Below, one piece after another: positions 7,574-16,848 of a stretch of DNA of 55,573 bases. The DNA is taken from IMG/VR virus record IMGVR_UViG_3300046000_004360, positions 1 through 55,573 of that record; one strand, written 5' to 3'. Source of the stretch: a virus. Lineage: Duplodnaviria; Caudoviricetes. Both the position numbers and the translations under genes were made by a program. Position 1 is the first letter of the stretch. Every line of letters begins with the position of its first letter. The notes below the pieces were generated by a model. That model had not been told where the DNA came from, ran no database searches, and was given only the letters and a program-made list of their open reading frames with translations.

Positions 7574-8185
7574 TTAGATGCCTGTAGGGTTTGTATATGA
7601 ATGAGATAGCGGGTTGAACTTAACCAATACATCGGTATAAGCATCACCAACTGCTGAACCCGGAGCATCTACAAAGTCTACAATCCTGAAAGCAATCCCA
7701 GAAGTTACGGCGGTAGTTGCACTCAATGCCGAAGTTGAGTTACCTGTAGTAAGCGAACCCGTAGAGGTAGACTGTACTGCAGCCAAAGGCACGTTACTCC
7801 CCAATTCGGCCTGAACTAGCGAACCCGCAGATTGCGCTTGGAACAACACGTTTGGATCATCAACTACATAAGCCATCGCATCAGCCGCGACAGTGCCTGT
7901 AGGCCAGTACTGAGAGAAAATCTTGTACTTCAAGTTAGGGTCAGTGTACGTACAACCTACAAATACGCCTACGGTGCCTGCTGGAAGTGGATTAGCTGCA
8001 CTACCAACTACGGGGGTAACTGCTGCTTCAATTGTCCCTGCGGTAACAATAATAACGATGCTGCCTGTGTATATATTAAGGGCGTAACCAGAGGCAATTT
8101 TAATCTGCCTAGTGCTGCCTGCGTATGGTAAACCACCAATAAGGTTTACGGGGCGTAGCCCGTATGGGGTTGCTGCTGAAGCCAT
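7574..8185 (-). CDS. Putative capsid decoration/minor capsid protein
   Basis: PYGLRPV...GVFVGCTYTD...AYVVDDP; lies immediately upstream of the MCP gene. Confidence 0.6.
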   Translation of the reverse strand: MASAATPYGLRPVNLIGGLPYAGSTRQIKIASGYALNIYTGSIVIIVTAGTIEAAVTPVVGSAANPLPAGTVGVFVGCTYTDPNLKYKIFSQYWPTGTVAADAMAYVVDDPNVLFQAQSAGSLVQAELGSNVPLAAVQSTSTGSLTTGNSTSALSATTAVTSGIAFRIVDFVDAPGSAVGDAYTDVLVKFNPLSHSYTNPTGI

Positions 8186-8194
8186 TTAATTCTC

Positions 8195-8668
8195 CTATTT
8201 ATTTCCTGATCCAAATGATGTGCTGGATTTATTTTCCTTGAATAAAGGCATTCTTCCATCACTCTCTTTCATAAAGTTATTATCAATCGCATTGGTTTGA
8301 TCCCGCGTCTGTTTCTGATAGTGGGCCTTGCGCTGATCCATAAACTCTTCTGGTATTTTACATAACATCAACCCACCAATTTCGATAGTCCCCTTCTTAG
8401 CGGTATCGGAAGTAGCGAGAAGTGACATTTCTGGGTGGTCAGCTAACTGTACTGGCTCCCAACCTTCGCGCATTTTTGAAGACACATTCATGGCATCTGC
8501 CTGCCCCAACATGCTAGTACGAACCCAACGATACGCCCAACCCGGTGTTTTATTGAACTCCGGCAGTAACTGCGCGGGTGCCCATGCTGCGGCCCTCTGG
8601 AATTCACTTCGGACTTCTGTATCTCTCGGCGTCCTATTTTCTGTACTGGTTGTAGTAGTTTTAACCAT
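8195..8668 (-). CDS. Conserved head-module hypothetical protein
   Basis: YRWVR...REGWEPV...IGGLMLCKIP; start at MVKTTT (GGAG RBS). Confidence 0.7.
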   Translation of the reverse strand: MVKTTTTSTENRTPRDTEVRSEFQRAAAWAPAQLLPEFNKTPGWAYRWVRTSMLGQADAMNVSSKMREGWEPVQLADHPEMSLLATSDTAKKGTIEIGGLMLCKIPEEFMDQRKAHYQKQTRDQTNAIDNNFMKESDGRMPLFKENKSSTSFGSGNK

Positions 8669-9617
8669 TTCTGTTCTCCAATTTAATTTGCTCGCGGGCA
8701 TATTGCTCAGGGGTCAACCCGAACTTTTTAGCTATCGCTAGTTGTGTTGTGCTTAGGTGTACTTTTTTAGGTGCAGTACTACGAGTAGCTGACGCCACTA
8801 CATTAGCTGGTCGGGTGCGTGATGTGTGAGTTGCCCCACCATCCGTGTTGTCATTCTCAAACTTCTCTGGAAACCGCTTGCGCATTGCTTTATCAATGCG
8901 ATTATAATATTCGTCAGAACCCGCAGTCATGCCCTCATCTAGTACTAAGGATTCATGTATGCCTTTAGCTAGACTCGTCATCGCTTTATCCGTCTGAAAC
9001 CAAGGATTTTTAGCATGCCAAACCAAGGCTTTATGGTCAGGCGACGGAGCTTGCCGTTGTTCTGATTGTATATATACACTATTTTCTGGCGTTTGTAAAG
9101 GATTTTCGAACTGTAACCTATAATTATCTGCCTGTAATTTCTGTAGCTGCGCAGAATTAAGTCTTACTTGAGCAGAGATAACCTTATCAGCATCGCCAGA
9201 ATCATACGCCTCCTTGTAGTCCTTCTTAGCCGCCTCCATCTCCCCAACAGTTGCGTGTTTCAAAGTGTTGGCGTATGCTTGCTCACCATAACTAAGGCTG
9301 GTCTTGAGTTGTTTGTTCTCCTCTATGATTGATGAGGCAAACCTTACCGCCTCAGTTCTCTCCCTATCAGCGACCTCTTTTGCGCGTCGCTCGTCATGCC
9401 AAACCTTTTTGAGTTGTGACATTCGCTCTTTAACTTTAGCGGAGTATTCCTGAAGGTCGTCATCCTCTAGTTTGTCCACCAACGCTTTCGGCAGGGGGGT
9501 CTTATTTCTATCCTCCGCAGGGGTATCGTCAACTTCTACTACCTCAACACCAGCATCGTCGTCCGTAGTAATCACAATACTATCTTCTAGTTCTGCTTCT
9601 TTATTATCTACAAGCAT
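8661..9617 (-). CDS. Putative scaffolding protein
   Basis: Acidic N-terminus, long coiled coil, W..KNPWF, C-terminal helix-turn-helix LSTTQLAIAKKFGLTPEQYA; lies between portal and MCP. Confidence 0.7.
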   Translation of the reverse strand: MLVDNKEAELEDSIVITTDDDAGVEVVEVDDTPAEDRNKTPLPKALVDKLEDDDLQEYSAKVKERMSQLKKVWHDERRAKEVADRERTEAVRFASSIIEENKQLKTSLSYGEQAYANTLKHATVGEMEAAKKDYKEAYDSGDADKVISAQVRLNSAQLQKLQADNYRLQFENPLQTPENSVYIQSEQRQAPSPDHKALVWHAKNPWFQTDKAMTSLAKGIHESLVLDEGMTAGSDEYYNRIDKAMRKRFPEKFENDNTDGGATHTSRTRPANVVASATRSTAPKKVHLSTTQLAIAKKFGLTPEQYAREQIKLENRNG

Positions 9618-9726
9618 TTACTTCTCCTTTATGCACAACTGATGGTTGTGGGGTTACGCCAAAAAATCTACTACTATGCCGATTACTTTTCCGCATGTTT
9701 TTCTTCATTGCAGGACATACATGTTT

Positions 9727-10146
9727 TTAGCATCTTTGATACCCTCTAGGATCGTCAACCACTGCTTCAACTGAGTCGTCATTAATAATTCTGAACTCAA
9801 CTCCATGTATCTTAATCCTTGTGCCAGTGTAGGCTCTAGTTAGGATGAAATCATTAACTTGGCACCACGCCCCCGTAGGGAACTTAGTCTCGTCCTTATA
9901 TGCCATATCCCCCATCTTCAGCACATACAGCACCACCGTAGAGTTTTCTTCTACCTGCTTAACTTTGTCCGACTTGATGATGCCGCCTTGATATGTGTCT
10001 TCTATCTTGGGGATAGCACACAGTATCTTATACCCTTTCGGAGCGGGGAGTTGTGTCGGAGATGTGATCTCCTCTTCTGGTAGTAGGCCCACTTCAGCCA
10101 CTTCCTTGGGGGCGCTCTTATCCCACTGAGAGGTCTTTTTATTCAT
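9727..10146 (-). CDS. Phage co-chaperonin GroES-like protein
   Basis: P-x-GYKIL...GGII mobile loop...GTRIKIHGVEFRIINDD. Confidence 0.8.
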   Translation of the reverse strand: MNKKTSQWDKSAPKEVAEVGLLPEEEITSPTQLPAPKGYKILCAIPKIEDTYQGGIIKSDKVKQVEENSTVVLYVLKMGDMAYKDETKFPTGAWCQVNDFILTRAYTGTRIKIHGVEFRIINDDSVEAVVDDPRGYQRC

Positions 10147-10336
10147 TGCCGTCCTCCTCTCTTAAGTTGCGCAGCATATCTACAATCAAGCCTTGCACCG
10201 ACATAAACCCTAGTACCTTACCTGCGGCGTTCTGGTACTGCGCGTAGTCTTTAGCCCTACCCATACCCAAATCCTCGATTATTACTTTGCGCTCTTCCTC
10301 GATCTTATCTGATAGGATTCTTAGCGTTTCATTCAT
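10139..10336 (-). CDS. Hypothetical protein
   Basis: 65 aa helical ORF between portal and GroES-like genes (DYAQYQ...G motif). Confidence 0.7.
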   Translation of the reverse strand: MNETLRILSDKIEEERKVIIEDLGMGRAKDYAQYQNAAGKVLGFMSVQGLIVDMLRNLREEDGNE

Positions 10337-10339
10337 TTA

Positions 10340-12826
10340 TTACTCTCCTTTTGGTTGTCGTTGCGTGTGAATCTGCTCCCGTTGCACTACTATTTGCTGC
10401 TGGTTGTGTGCTATATCCGCACCTTGTTTATGCCCTTTCAACATGGCGTCTGCTTGTAATTTCTGCTCCTCCAGTTGGGTTTTATATTTGGCTGCGCTCG
10501 CCTGTTGCCCCAATGTGGCTCCTGCAATATGCTCTTGAGATGCCATCTTATCCCTATCAAGCTGCAATCTCTCCCGTTCTAACTCAATATCCGCAGTAAT
10601 CTTCTTGTCCTTTATCTGCACTTCTTGTTGCTTGATTTGGAGCTCTTGCTGTTGCATCTGGACAAGCGGATCTTGTTGTTGCTGCTGCGCTTGCTGCTGC
10701 GCCGCTGCCGCTTGGTTCTTCTGCATTAGTTGCTGCGCTGCTACCGCCATCATCCTAGATACTTCCACCTCTACATCTTCTGGCAGTGGTTCATCCATCC
10801 CGGGCAGGGGCACCCCAAGCTGCTCCTCAATCTGCTTCCTATACTTGAACGCAGTATGCTCGTTGAGGTGGGCTAGCGCCGCAGCCATAATAGCCTGCCC
10901 TTGTGGATTCTGCCCGATAAGCTGCGCGGTTGTTGGGTCTTGGATGAAGCTCTGCACTACCGTTATATGTGCATCGTGGTCTTGGTTGAGGAACGCTTTC
11001 ACGGGTTTCCCGTTAAGCAAGTCCATGTTCTCCGCTACTGGGTCTTTAGGTCTCCGCTCTTCTGTGGATGGTATGAGTTTACTCACATTCTTGACCCCCA
11101 ACACTTCCAGCATCTGCCTGTTAAGTTCGGGTAAATCATATATCTGTGGGTTAGATTGCGCCATTTGCATAACTGCTTGATACTGCACAACCTTCTGGCT
11201 CATTGTAGCTGCATTAGGGTCGCTGACAGGGATAACTTCTACCATATCATAGTCGGACTGCCGTGCTTTACGCTCCCCCGCTTCAGGGTCAAACTCATAA
11301 TCGTCTGGCGCATAGTCTCTAATGATGGCGGATAGCAACTTAAACTCTTGCCTCATCGATATATGTGTCCGAGCCTGCACCGCTCCCATGACTTTCAAGC
11401 TGCGTTCAAGAATGGCTAGCGTGGTGCCTACTGGTGAATTTGCCGACATATCTGCAATCGCTACATCTGCCGAACCTGCCAACCTACGCCCATCTTCTAC
11501 GATTTCGTTTTTCAGCATGATGAGGGCTTGCGAAGGTTCTTTATATGGCAGCGGCATAATGTTGTCGCGCAAAGCCCCACTCGGCACATCTACATCTCTA
11601 AACTCCCCGGGGGATATGGGAGTATCATCGCCCTTAATGCGTAGCCCTCGGGTCTTGTACCCGCCCGATAAATTAGACAATGTGCCCGAATCAACCACCT
11701 GCCTAGTCAGGGACGTAGCACTCTTAGCCGACCCGCCAATAAGATGAATCAAACCAAGATGATAGAACCCAAAACTAGGTACGTATCCGTAGTGGACGAA
11801 GTGCTGCCTCTTCTGTTTGGTTGTATCCTTCTCATTCCAGTTACGGCGAATAGCCAGAACCGTGTCACCGCCTTGTTCGATGGTAACTACATACGGAAGT
11901 GCGATACCTGTAGGCTCCCCCTCATCATCCTCATCCTCAAACCCCGGAAGGTCTATATCTACATGCATCTCCAACAGCTTATAGCGGTCATCCATCGTCG
12001 CGCTGAACCCCATCTTTTCCGCTATCTTCTTCTCCACGGACTCGATGGTATGTGATGGCTCGCCTAAATCTATGTCGCAATAAAACCCTGCAACCTGTAG
12101 TTTGCGTACCTCATTCTCGGTTTTACGCATGATATGAGTCACACGAGGAGAAGTAGCTAAACTAGAGGCTCCATAGGGCACAACAATATCCTCTGCAGGC
12201 ACAAATATAGATACCTGCCTTTCTAAACTAGGGTCAAAGTATACCTTCTTGAACGCATTACCTGCCAACCCCAATCCCCACAACATCTTCTCATGCTCGG
12301 GGCGATACTCAGGCATCTTCTCAGTAAGCTGATAGTTCATATCCTCTTTTACGCGAGCGGCGGCTTCATTCTTTTCTTTAGTCTGTTTACCTATAATCTG
12401 GGTTTTCACGGGGCCAGCAGCAGGGAATGTTTCTGTGATAGTCTCTGCTTGGAACTTAACCAACGCCTCAGTGAGTAATGGGTGGAATACTGCACAAGCT
12501 CCGGGCCACGGCTCTGTGCGATCTTCTAACTTAAGTCCTAGTAACTGCAGCCCATCTACGTATGTGTTTATCCAGTCCTTGCGGGAGTTATCATCACTCT
12601 TAAAATCTGCTACTAAGTCGGACGCTAAAGATGCGAGGACACCATCATCAATATAATCAGCAAGATTAGCATCAAAATCATCAGCAGTTTCCTCCTCAGG
12701 CTCTAAAATTACCGTCATCCCACCAGCATGAATAGCCACACTTTCCGGGTCTTCTACCTCAATTTCTATGGGTTGTTGTTCGGGAATACTCCCCTGTGGT
12801 GCGGCGTAAAGCCCTTTTTCTATCAT
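10340..12826 (-). CDS. Portal protein
   Basis: 828 aa directly after terL; TEPWPGAC, GNAFKKVYFD, C-terminal Gln-rich coiled-coil barrel. Confidence 0.9.
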   Translation of the reverse strand: MIEKGLYAAPQGSIPEQQPIEIEVEDPESVAIHAGGMTVILEPEEETADDFDANLADYIDDGVLASLASDLVADFKSDDNSRKDWINTYVDGLQLLGLKLEDRTEPWPGACAVFHPLLTEALVKFQAETITETFPAAGPVKTQIIGKQTKEKNEAAARVKEDMNYQLTEKMPEYRPEHEKMLWGLGLAGNAFKKVYFDPSLERQVSIFVPAEDIVVPYGASSLATSPRVTHIMRKTENEVRKLQVAGFYCDIDLGEPSHTIESVEKKIAEKMGFSATMDDRYKLLEMHVDIDLPGFEDEDDEGEPTGIALPYVVTIEQGGDTVLAIRRNWNEKDTTKQKRQHFVHYGYVPSFGFYHLGLIHLIGGSAKSATSLTRQVVDSGTLSNLSGGYKTRGLRIKGDDTPISPGEFRDVDVPSGALRDNIMPLPYKEPSQALIMLKNEIVEDGRRLAGSADVAIADMSANSPVGTTLAILERSLKVMGAVQARTHISMRQEFKLLSAIIRDYAPDDYEFDPEAGERKARQSDYDMVEVIPVSDPNAATMSQKVVQYQAVMQMAQSNPQIYDLPELNRQMLEVLGVKNVSKLIPSTEERRPKDPVAENMDLLNGKPVKAFLNQDHDAHITVVQSFIQDPTTAQLIGQNPQGQAIMAAALAHLNEHTAFKYRKQIEEQLGVPLPGMDEPLPEDVEVEVSRMMAVAAQQLMQKNQAAAAQQQAQQQQQDPLVQMQQQELQIKQQEVQIKDKKITADIELERERLQLDRDKMASQEHIAGATLGQQASAAKYKTQLEEQKLQADAMLKGHKQGADIAHNQQQIVVQREQIHTQRQPKGE

Positions 12827-12851
12827 ATTTTAGTTTCCTGTTGTGACTGCA

Positions 12852-14417
12852 TTAATAATACCCCTCGTGTCGGGAACTGCGGAACTGTTTTGGTTCATCC
12901 TCAGCGTCTGACGGTAGGGTAATAAACCCGCCTGTGCGGAACCTGCGCATTGCCAAAGTAACACTGTCGACCATATCATCGAACTGACCCACGGGGAAAT
13001 TCGCACATTCTGTGATGACCTCTTGCGCCCAGATCCGATCTTTTGGTGCCCAAACTAACCCACAAGAGAATATATCACTGACTGCGTGGACTCGGGCTAT
13101 CTTGTTATCCCCTTTACCCGGCGTGAAATCAGATACTGGTATGCCCATCGCCCTAAATTCCTGTACGATCTGCGCCCCAGCGCTTTTCTTCTCTACAATA
13201 AATGTATCCGGCTCCCATTCCTTATACTCAGCGATCATTTTAGCCTTCAGTTCCGGGAACTCCATGCGGGATTTCCAAGCATTTAACAATATAATGTTAG
13301 CAATGGGCTTACCTGTCTCATTACTGTTCAAATAGAACACACCCCATAGGGTAACTGCGCTATAATCCGCCCTATTATGTGATTCTTGTGCTGCATCTAG
13401 CGACATTATGGTGTAATCACAGTCTGGTGGGTCCTCTTCTTCCCAATGCCGCCACCATTCGCGCTTTAAAAGCTGTGCCCCCTCAGAAGATGGGTTCTGC
13501 ATGTACTGCGCAGACCAATAACGCACATCCATACCCGCACGTTTCTTCTTTAACTCCTCAAGAGGCCAGAATTCAGGCCAAAGTGACCGTTCCTTCTCCT
13601 CATTTTCATTTAAAATCGCTGGAAACTCAACAACTTCCCACTGATCTGCGTCAGGGTTCTTAATCATGTGGTTCACAAGCTGCCCTGTGAGGTCCAACAT
13701 ACTCCACCGCGTCATAACTACTATAATAACCCCGTTAGGCATGAGTCGTTGTAGTGGTCCTGACTGAAACCAGTCCCATGCGGGCAAGAATGCTGTCGGA
13801 TTATTTGTTTTCGCCTGCTGTTCGTTGTGTGGGTCATCAATTACGAACACATCTGCGCCCCGACCAGCGAGCGCGCCGCCAACCCCAACCGCATAATACT
13901 GCCCGCCAGCACTTGTATTCCACTGCCCCGCAGCTTTAGCATCGGGATTCAACGCTAGTTTGGGAAATATCTCCCTATAATCCTCGGAGTCTACTAAATC
14001 TCGCACCCGTCTACCAAATGTGATGGATAGGTCGGCTGTATGGGTCGCCATGATGATTTTCTTGTCGGGGTATTGCCCCAGAAACCATGCAGGGAATAGA
14101 TATGATGCCATCTCTGACTTCCCCATACGTGGGGCTATATTGACTATAATGCGTTTTTTATCCCCTCTTATAGCATTCTCAAGTAATGCAGCGAGTCGTC
14201 TGTGGTGGGCACCTATCTTATATCCCGGATACACGGCCTTGATGAAGTCCAGAAACCCACCTTGCGCGGCATCCCGCTTAGTGCGCTTATCAATCTCTGA
14301 GAGCAGCGTGAGTAGTTCAGCCTTTTCTCTTTCAGGCATCTTGCTAAGATTGCTCAGTACCTGCTGTTGTTGGTGCGCAGGTAAAGCACTAATCTGTTCT
14401 TTAATTGCTTCTATCAA
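12852..14417 (-). CDS. terL: Terminase large subunit
   Basis: Walker A APRMGKSE, Walker B FVIDDP, YMQNP coupling region, RNase H-like SLD...DYSA...DDMVDS. Confidence 0.95.
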   Translation of the reverse strand: MIEAIKEQISALPAHQQQQVLSNLSKMPEREKAELLTLLSEIDKRTKRDAAQGGFLDFIKAVYPGYKIGAHHRRLAALLENAIRGDKKRIIVNIAPRMGKSEMASYLFPAWFLGQYPDKKIIMATHTADLSITFGRRVRDLVDSEDYREIFPKLALNPDAKAAGQWNTSAGGQYYAVGVGGALAGRGADVFVIDDPHNEQQAKTNNPTAFLPAWDWFQSGPLQRLMPNGVIIVVMTRWSMLDLTGQLVNHMIKNPDADQWEVVEFPAILNENEEKERSLWPEFWPLEELKKKRAGMDVRYWSAQYMQNPSSEGAQLLKREWWRHWEEEDPPDCDYTIMSLDAAQESHNRADYSAVTLWGVFYLNSNETGKPIANIILLNAWKSRMEFPELKAKMIAEYKEWEPDTFIVEKKSAGAQIVQEFRAMGIPVSDFTPGKGDNKIARVHAVSDIFSCGLVWAPKDRIWAQEVITECANFPVGQFDDMVDSVTLAMRRFRTGGFITLPSDAEDEPKQFRSSRHEGYY

Positions 14418-15096
14418 ACCTATCCTCGGGATATGTCTCTTGCATCATGTTAGCAAGGTCTATGGCATCAATGTCTGGGACGTCAGCTAGGGGCACTACT
14501 CCTTGTACCTTTAATATATCATCTCGTTTGGGTAGTGGGTCCACGTCGGATATGTCGCCCTGAATAAGTAACCCCAACTTTTCTTGCAGTTGTTTCTGTA
14601 AGTCTTCCGCCGACTGTTGTTTATATGTAACCTCTTGTTTATCCACGAACATACCCACATCAGCTAGTTTGCCTAATAGTTCTACCGCCTTCAACTGCAC
14701 TCTCGGGTCTTTATTATCACTCAAGTCCAGTAACTTATTTGTTACCAAGAACCGTATTTGATCTGCGTGTTGTATCACCCGCCAGTCGTACTCAGAGACT
14801 AAGGCTTCAAGTTTGAGGATAGTTGCAGGTTTCTGTACGACGAGTTGGGCCTTTGTTAGCGGCGCTTTGTGCATGTGGTTAGTGAACATGCTTTGCGCAT
14901 TGGCTACGTCGTCGTCGGATATTTCTATGGTGGGTGCCCCAGAGCGCTTTAAAATGTCTTGGGCAGTTTTGGCAGTTGCTTTGAATAGTTCGTCGTCAGG
15001 TATGGGAGCATCTGACGGTATTGGCACTCGCATTAATGCAGGCTCGTAGGGAACGACGCCTTCCAAGGTAGTATCTAGGTCAATGCTTTGCGCCAT
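14401..15096 (-). CDS. Putative terminase small subunit
   Basis: First gene of the late operon, overlaps terL; QLKAVELLGK helix typical of TerS oligomerisation regions. Confidence 0.6.
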   Translation of the reverse strand: MAQSIDLDTTLEGVVPYEPALMRVPIPSDAPIPDDELFKATAKTAQDILKRSGAPTIEISDDDVANAQSMFTNHMHKAPLTKAQLVVQKPATILKLEALVSEYDWRVIQHADQIRFLVTNKLLDLSDNKDPRVQLKAVELLGKLADVGMFVDKQEVTYKQQSAEDLQKQLQEKLGLLIQGDISDVDPLPKRDDILKVQGVVPLADVPDIDAIDLANMMQETYPEDRFDRSN

Positions 15097-15124
15097 AATT
15101 TATGGTGTATTGTTGCGTGTAGTA

Positions 15125-15172
15125 ACCCCGAATGGTGCGCTTAGTCTTTGGAGTACTAGAGGCGTTCGGGGT
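15125..15172 (-). promoter_or_regulatory. Hairpin in the terS 5' UTR
   Basis: ACCCCGAA/TTCGGGGT outer stem with inner CGC/GCG and TAGT/ACTA pairings. Confidence 0.45.
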
Positions 15173-15183
15173 GTTGTTAATTA

Positions 15184-15212
15184 CTTATACTACAAAGTTT
15201 GCCTATTGTCAA
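15184..15212 (-). promoter_or_regulatory. Sigma70-like promoter for the late arm
   Basis: TTGACA-N17-TATAAG. Confidence 0.7.
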
Positions 15213-15243
15213 GGGTTTCTGTGATTTTTTGGGGTCCTTTATG

Positions 15244-15318
15244 TGGGGAACTAGGGTAGTATCGCCCGCACCTTCACAGACCATCCGCTCGTAATCCAAC
15301 GCGCTTCACTACCCTAGC
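15244..15318 (-). ncRNA. Candidate small structured RNA
   Basis: Perfect 10-bp closing stem CTAGGGTAGT (15251-15260)/ACTACCCTAG (15308-15317), beginning at the predicted TSS of the 15325-15352 promoter. Confidence 0.45.
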
Positions 15319-15324
15319 AATATT

Positions 15325-15352
15325 ATTATACCCTAATGATGTACTAAGTCAA
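15325..15352 (-). promoter_or_regulatory. Sigma70-like promoter
   Basis: TTGACT-N16-TATAAT. Confidence 0.65.
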
Positions 15353-15506
15353 GCTAAATACCAAAAATTTTATAAAATATTTTTAATGGGGGCGATTCTT
15401 ATTGGGGTGGGGGTGTTGAAGAGGGGCGAAGCGGAGCGAAGTTATTTTGTGGTCTATGAAAGTCTAAAACTCAATGCATAGCGCGCGAGCGGGCTGGAAA
15501 ATTTTT

Positions 15507-15529
15507 GGGGGGGTCGGGGATGGGTGGGG
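15507..15529 (+). other. G-quadruplex-type motif in the divergent intergenic region
   Basis: G7-TC-G4-AT-G3-T-G4; further G-runs at about 15388-15426. Confidence 0.5.
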
Positions 15530-15722
15530 TCGCGTCATGTTCCGGATGCTCACTTGTTGGGGCGGATCGCACTTCACATACAGATTAGATGCGCGCTACA
15601 TAATAACGATGCGAACATAATCTTGCGTAGTGTACGAACCCGCCCGTGGTGTATGCTGTACTGTTAGGCTATAGCGCAATGCCTGTGCATATGCCGCGGA
15701 TTGAATCGTTTGTAAATATATA

Positions 15723-15752
15723 TTGACACGCTGCGAATAATTGTGACATGAT
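15723..15752 (+). promoter_or_regulatory. Possible early promoter
   Basis: TTGACA-N18-CATGAT with TG extension, about 40 nt upstream of the first + strand gene; the -10 is weak. Confidence 0.4.
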
Positions 15753-15791
15753 GTGATTGTCGTAATGTTGCGATAACTTATTAAGGAGTAG

Positions 15792-16013
15792 ATGAACATG
15801 GATGATATGAATACTAATGATGGATACGCTGTAAAACTGAGCGCAGTTAAGGCTGGCGACTATGTTAGGCGTACATCGTCAGCGAACGCCGTTTATATCC
15901 GTGGTGATTATGACCGAGCAAGCAAGTGCTACAGCCTGATTGATACTGAGGATCATTGTCGTGAGATATTCATTAAAGGCGACAAGATTGTTTATATTGG
16001 CTTCACTTATTAA
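15792..16013 (+). CDS. Early hypothetical protein
   Basis: AAGGAG RBS; first of the tightly packed + strand ORFs. Confidence 0.75.
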   Translation: MNMDDMNTNDGYAVKLSAVKAGDYVRRTSSANAVYIRGDYDRASKCYSLIDTEDHCREIFIKGDKIVYIGFTY

Positions 16014-16025
16014 GGGGAATAGATC

Positions 16026-16235
16026 ATGATAACAAAAAGTATTGCACTATCCGCAAGCCGCTTCGAACATGTGAGCGCAACCAACGCTGATGGCACTCCA
16101 GTAAGATGTCGTGCAATGGGCAAGTGTAAAACGTGGAAAACCAGACCTGCCGATTTTAAACTGCCAGTGAAGTATGGAATGTATAACAGCTTTTACATTG
16201 ATAACGTCAATGCCAGCGAATGGGTTGCGGCATAA
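16026..16235 (+). CDS. Early hypothetical protein
   Basis: RBS present; GKCKTWKTRP..F.LPVKYG motif. Confidence 0.75.
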   Translation: MITKSIALSASRFEHVSATNADGTPVRCRAMGKCKTWKTRPADFKLPVKYGMYNSFYIDNVNASEWVAA

Positions 16236-16256
16236 CTTAATTATATAGAGGAGTAG

Positions 16257-16415
16257 ATGAGCATGTGGACTATTAAATATAAAGGCGCATATATCAACGG
16301 GTACTGTGATATGTTGGAATGTAATGTAGTATCTACCAAAGGCCATAAGAGATGCAGATCATTACATGCGGCAAAAATAGCCATAACTAAACTAAACTTA
16401 ACCTATACGCTATAA
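16257..16415 (+). CDS. Early hypothetical protein (52 aa)
   Basis: GAGGAG RBS; MSMWTIKYKGAYINGYCD...SLHAAKIAIT; hand-translated. Confidence 0.6.
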   Translation: MSMWTIKYKGAYINGYCDMLECNVVSTKGHKRCRSLHAAKIAITKLNLTYTL

Positions 16416-16483
16416 CATCTTTGATTATATTTATTTAACGCGCTGGATAGGGTTTTATATGTCCGGCGCATAATTGAAAGGGT

Positions 16484-16717
16484 ATGAAAATGAGCACCCT
16501 AAGCACAAAAACTGACGTAGAAATTCGCAAGGCCGCAAAGCAAATATTTGGTGCATCAAATGCCAAGGTCACAAAAAATGGTGAGGTGCATATAAAAGGC
16601 GTTATGCCAAATGCTAATCAAACAGGATGGTATCTACTCGGATTTACCGGACAAGTAGAGCTTGATAGCAAATTATTTAATGATGACGGCTCGATAAAGT
16701 CACAATGGAAAGGATAG
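16484..16717 (+). CDS. Early hypothetical protein
   Basis: 77 aa ORF; GEVHIKG.MPN..QTGWY. Confidence 0.7.
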   Translation: MKMSTLSTKTDVEIRKAAKQIFGASNAKVTKNGEVHIKGVMPNANQTGWYLLGFTGQVELDSKLFNDDGSIKSQWKG

Positions 16718-16721
16718 GAAA

Positions 16722-16811
16722 ATGAAAATTGCACACTATTTAATACAACTCGCCGCGATGGTTTTAATGGTTATATGGCTTATGATATTCGTGGCTTTTT
16801 TGTGGGCGTGA
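16722..16811 (+). CDS. Tiny single-TM peptide (29 aa)
   Basis: MKIAHYLIQLAAMVLMVIWLMIFVAFLWA with AGGA RBS. Confidence 0.45.
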   Translation: MKIAHYLIQLAAMVLMVIWLMIFVAFLWA

Positions 16812-16848
16812 CTGTATTCTTGTGATAATACGATTTTTCTATGATGCC

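Noticed and set aside
154-15049. Numerous + strand ORFs opposite the late genes (and - strand ORFs opposite the early arm)
   Set aside because: Antisense shadows of well-supported genes, with no RBS or motifs.
15244-15318. tRNA gene
   Set aside because: No TTC-containing T-loop, no 7-bp acceptor stem with NCCA geometry and no clear anticodon arm.
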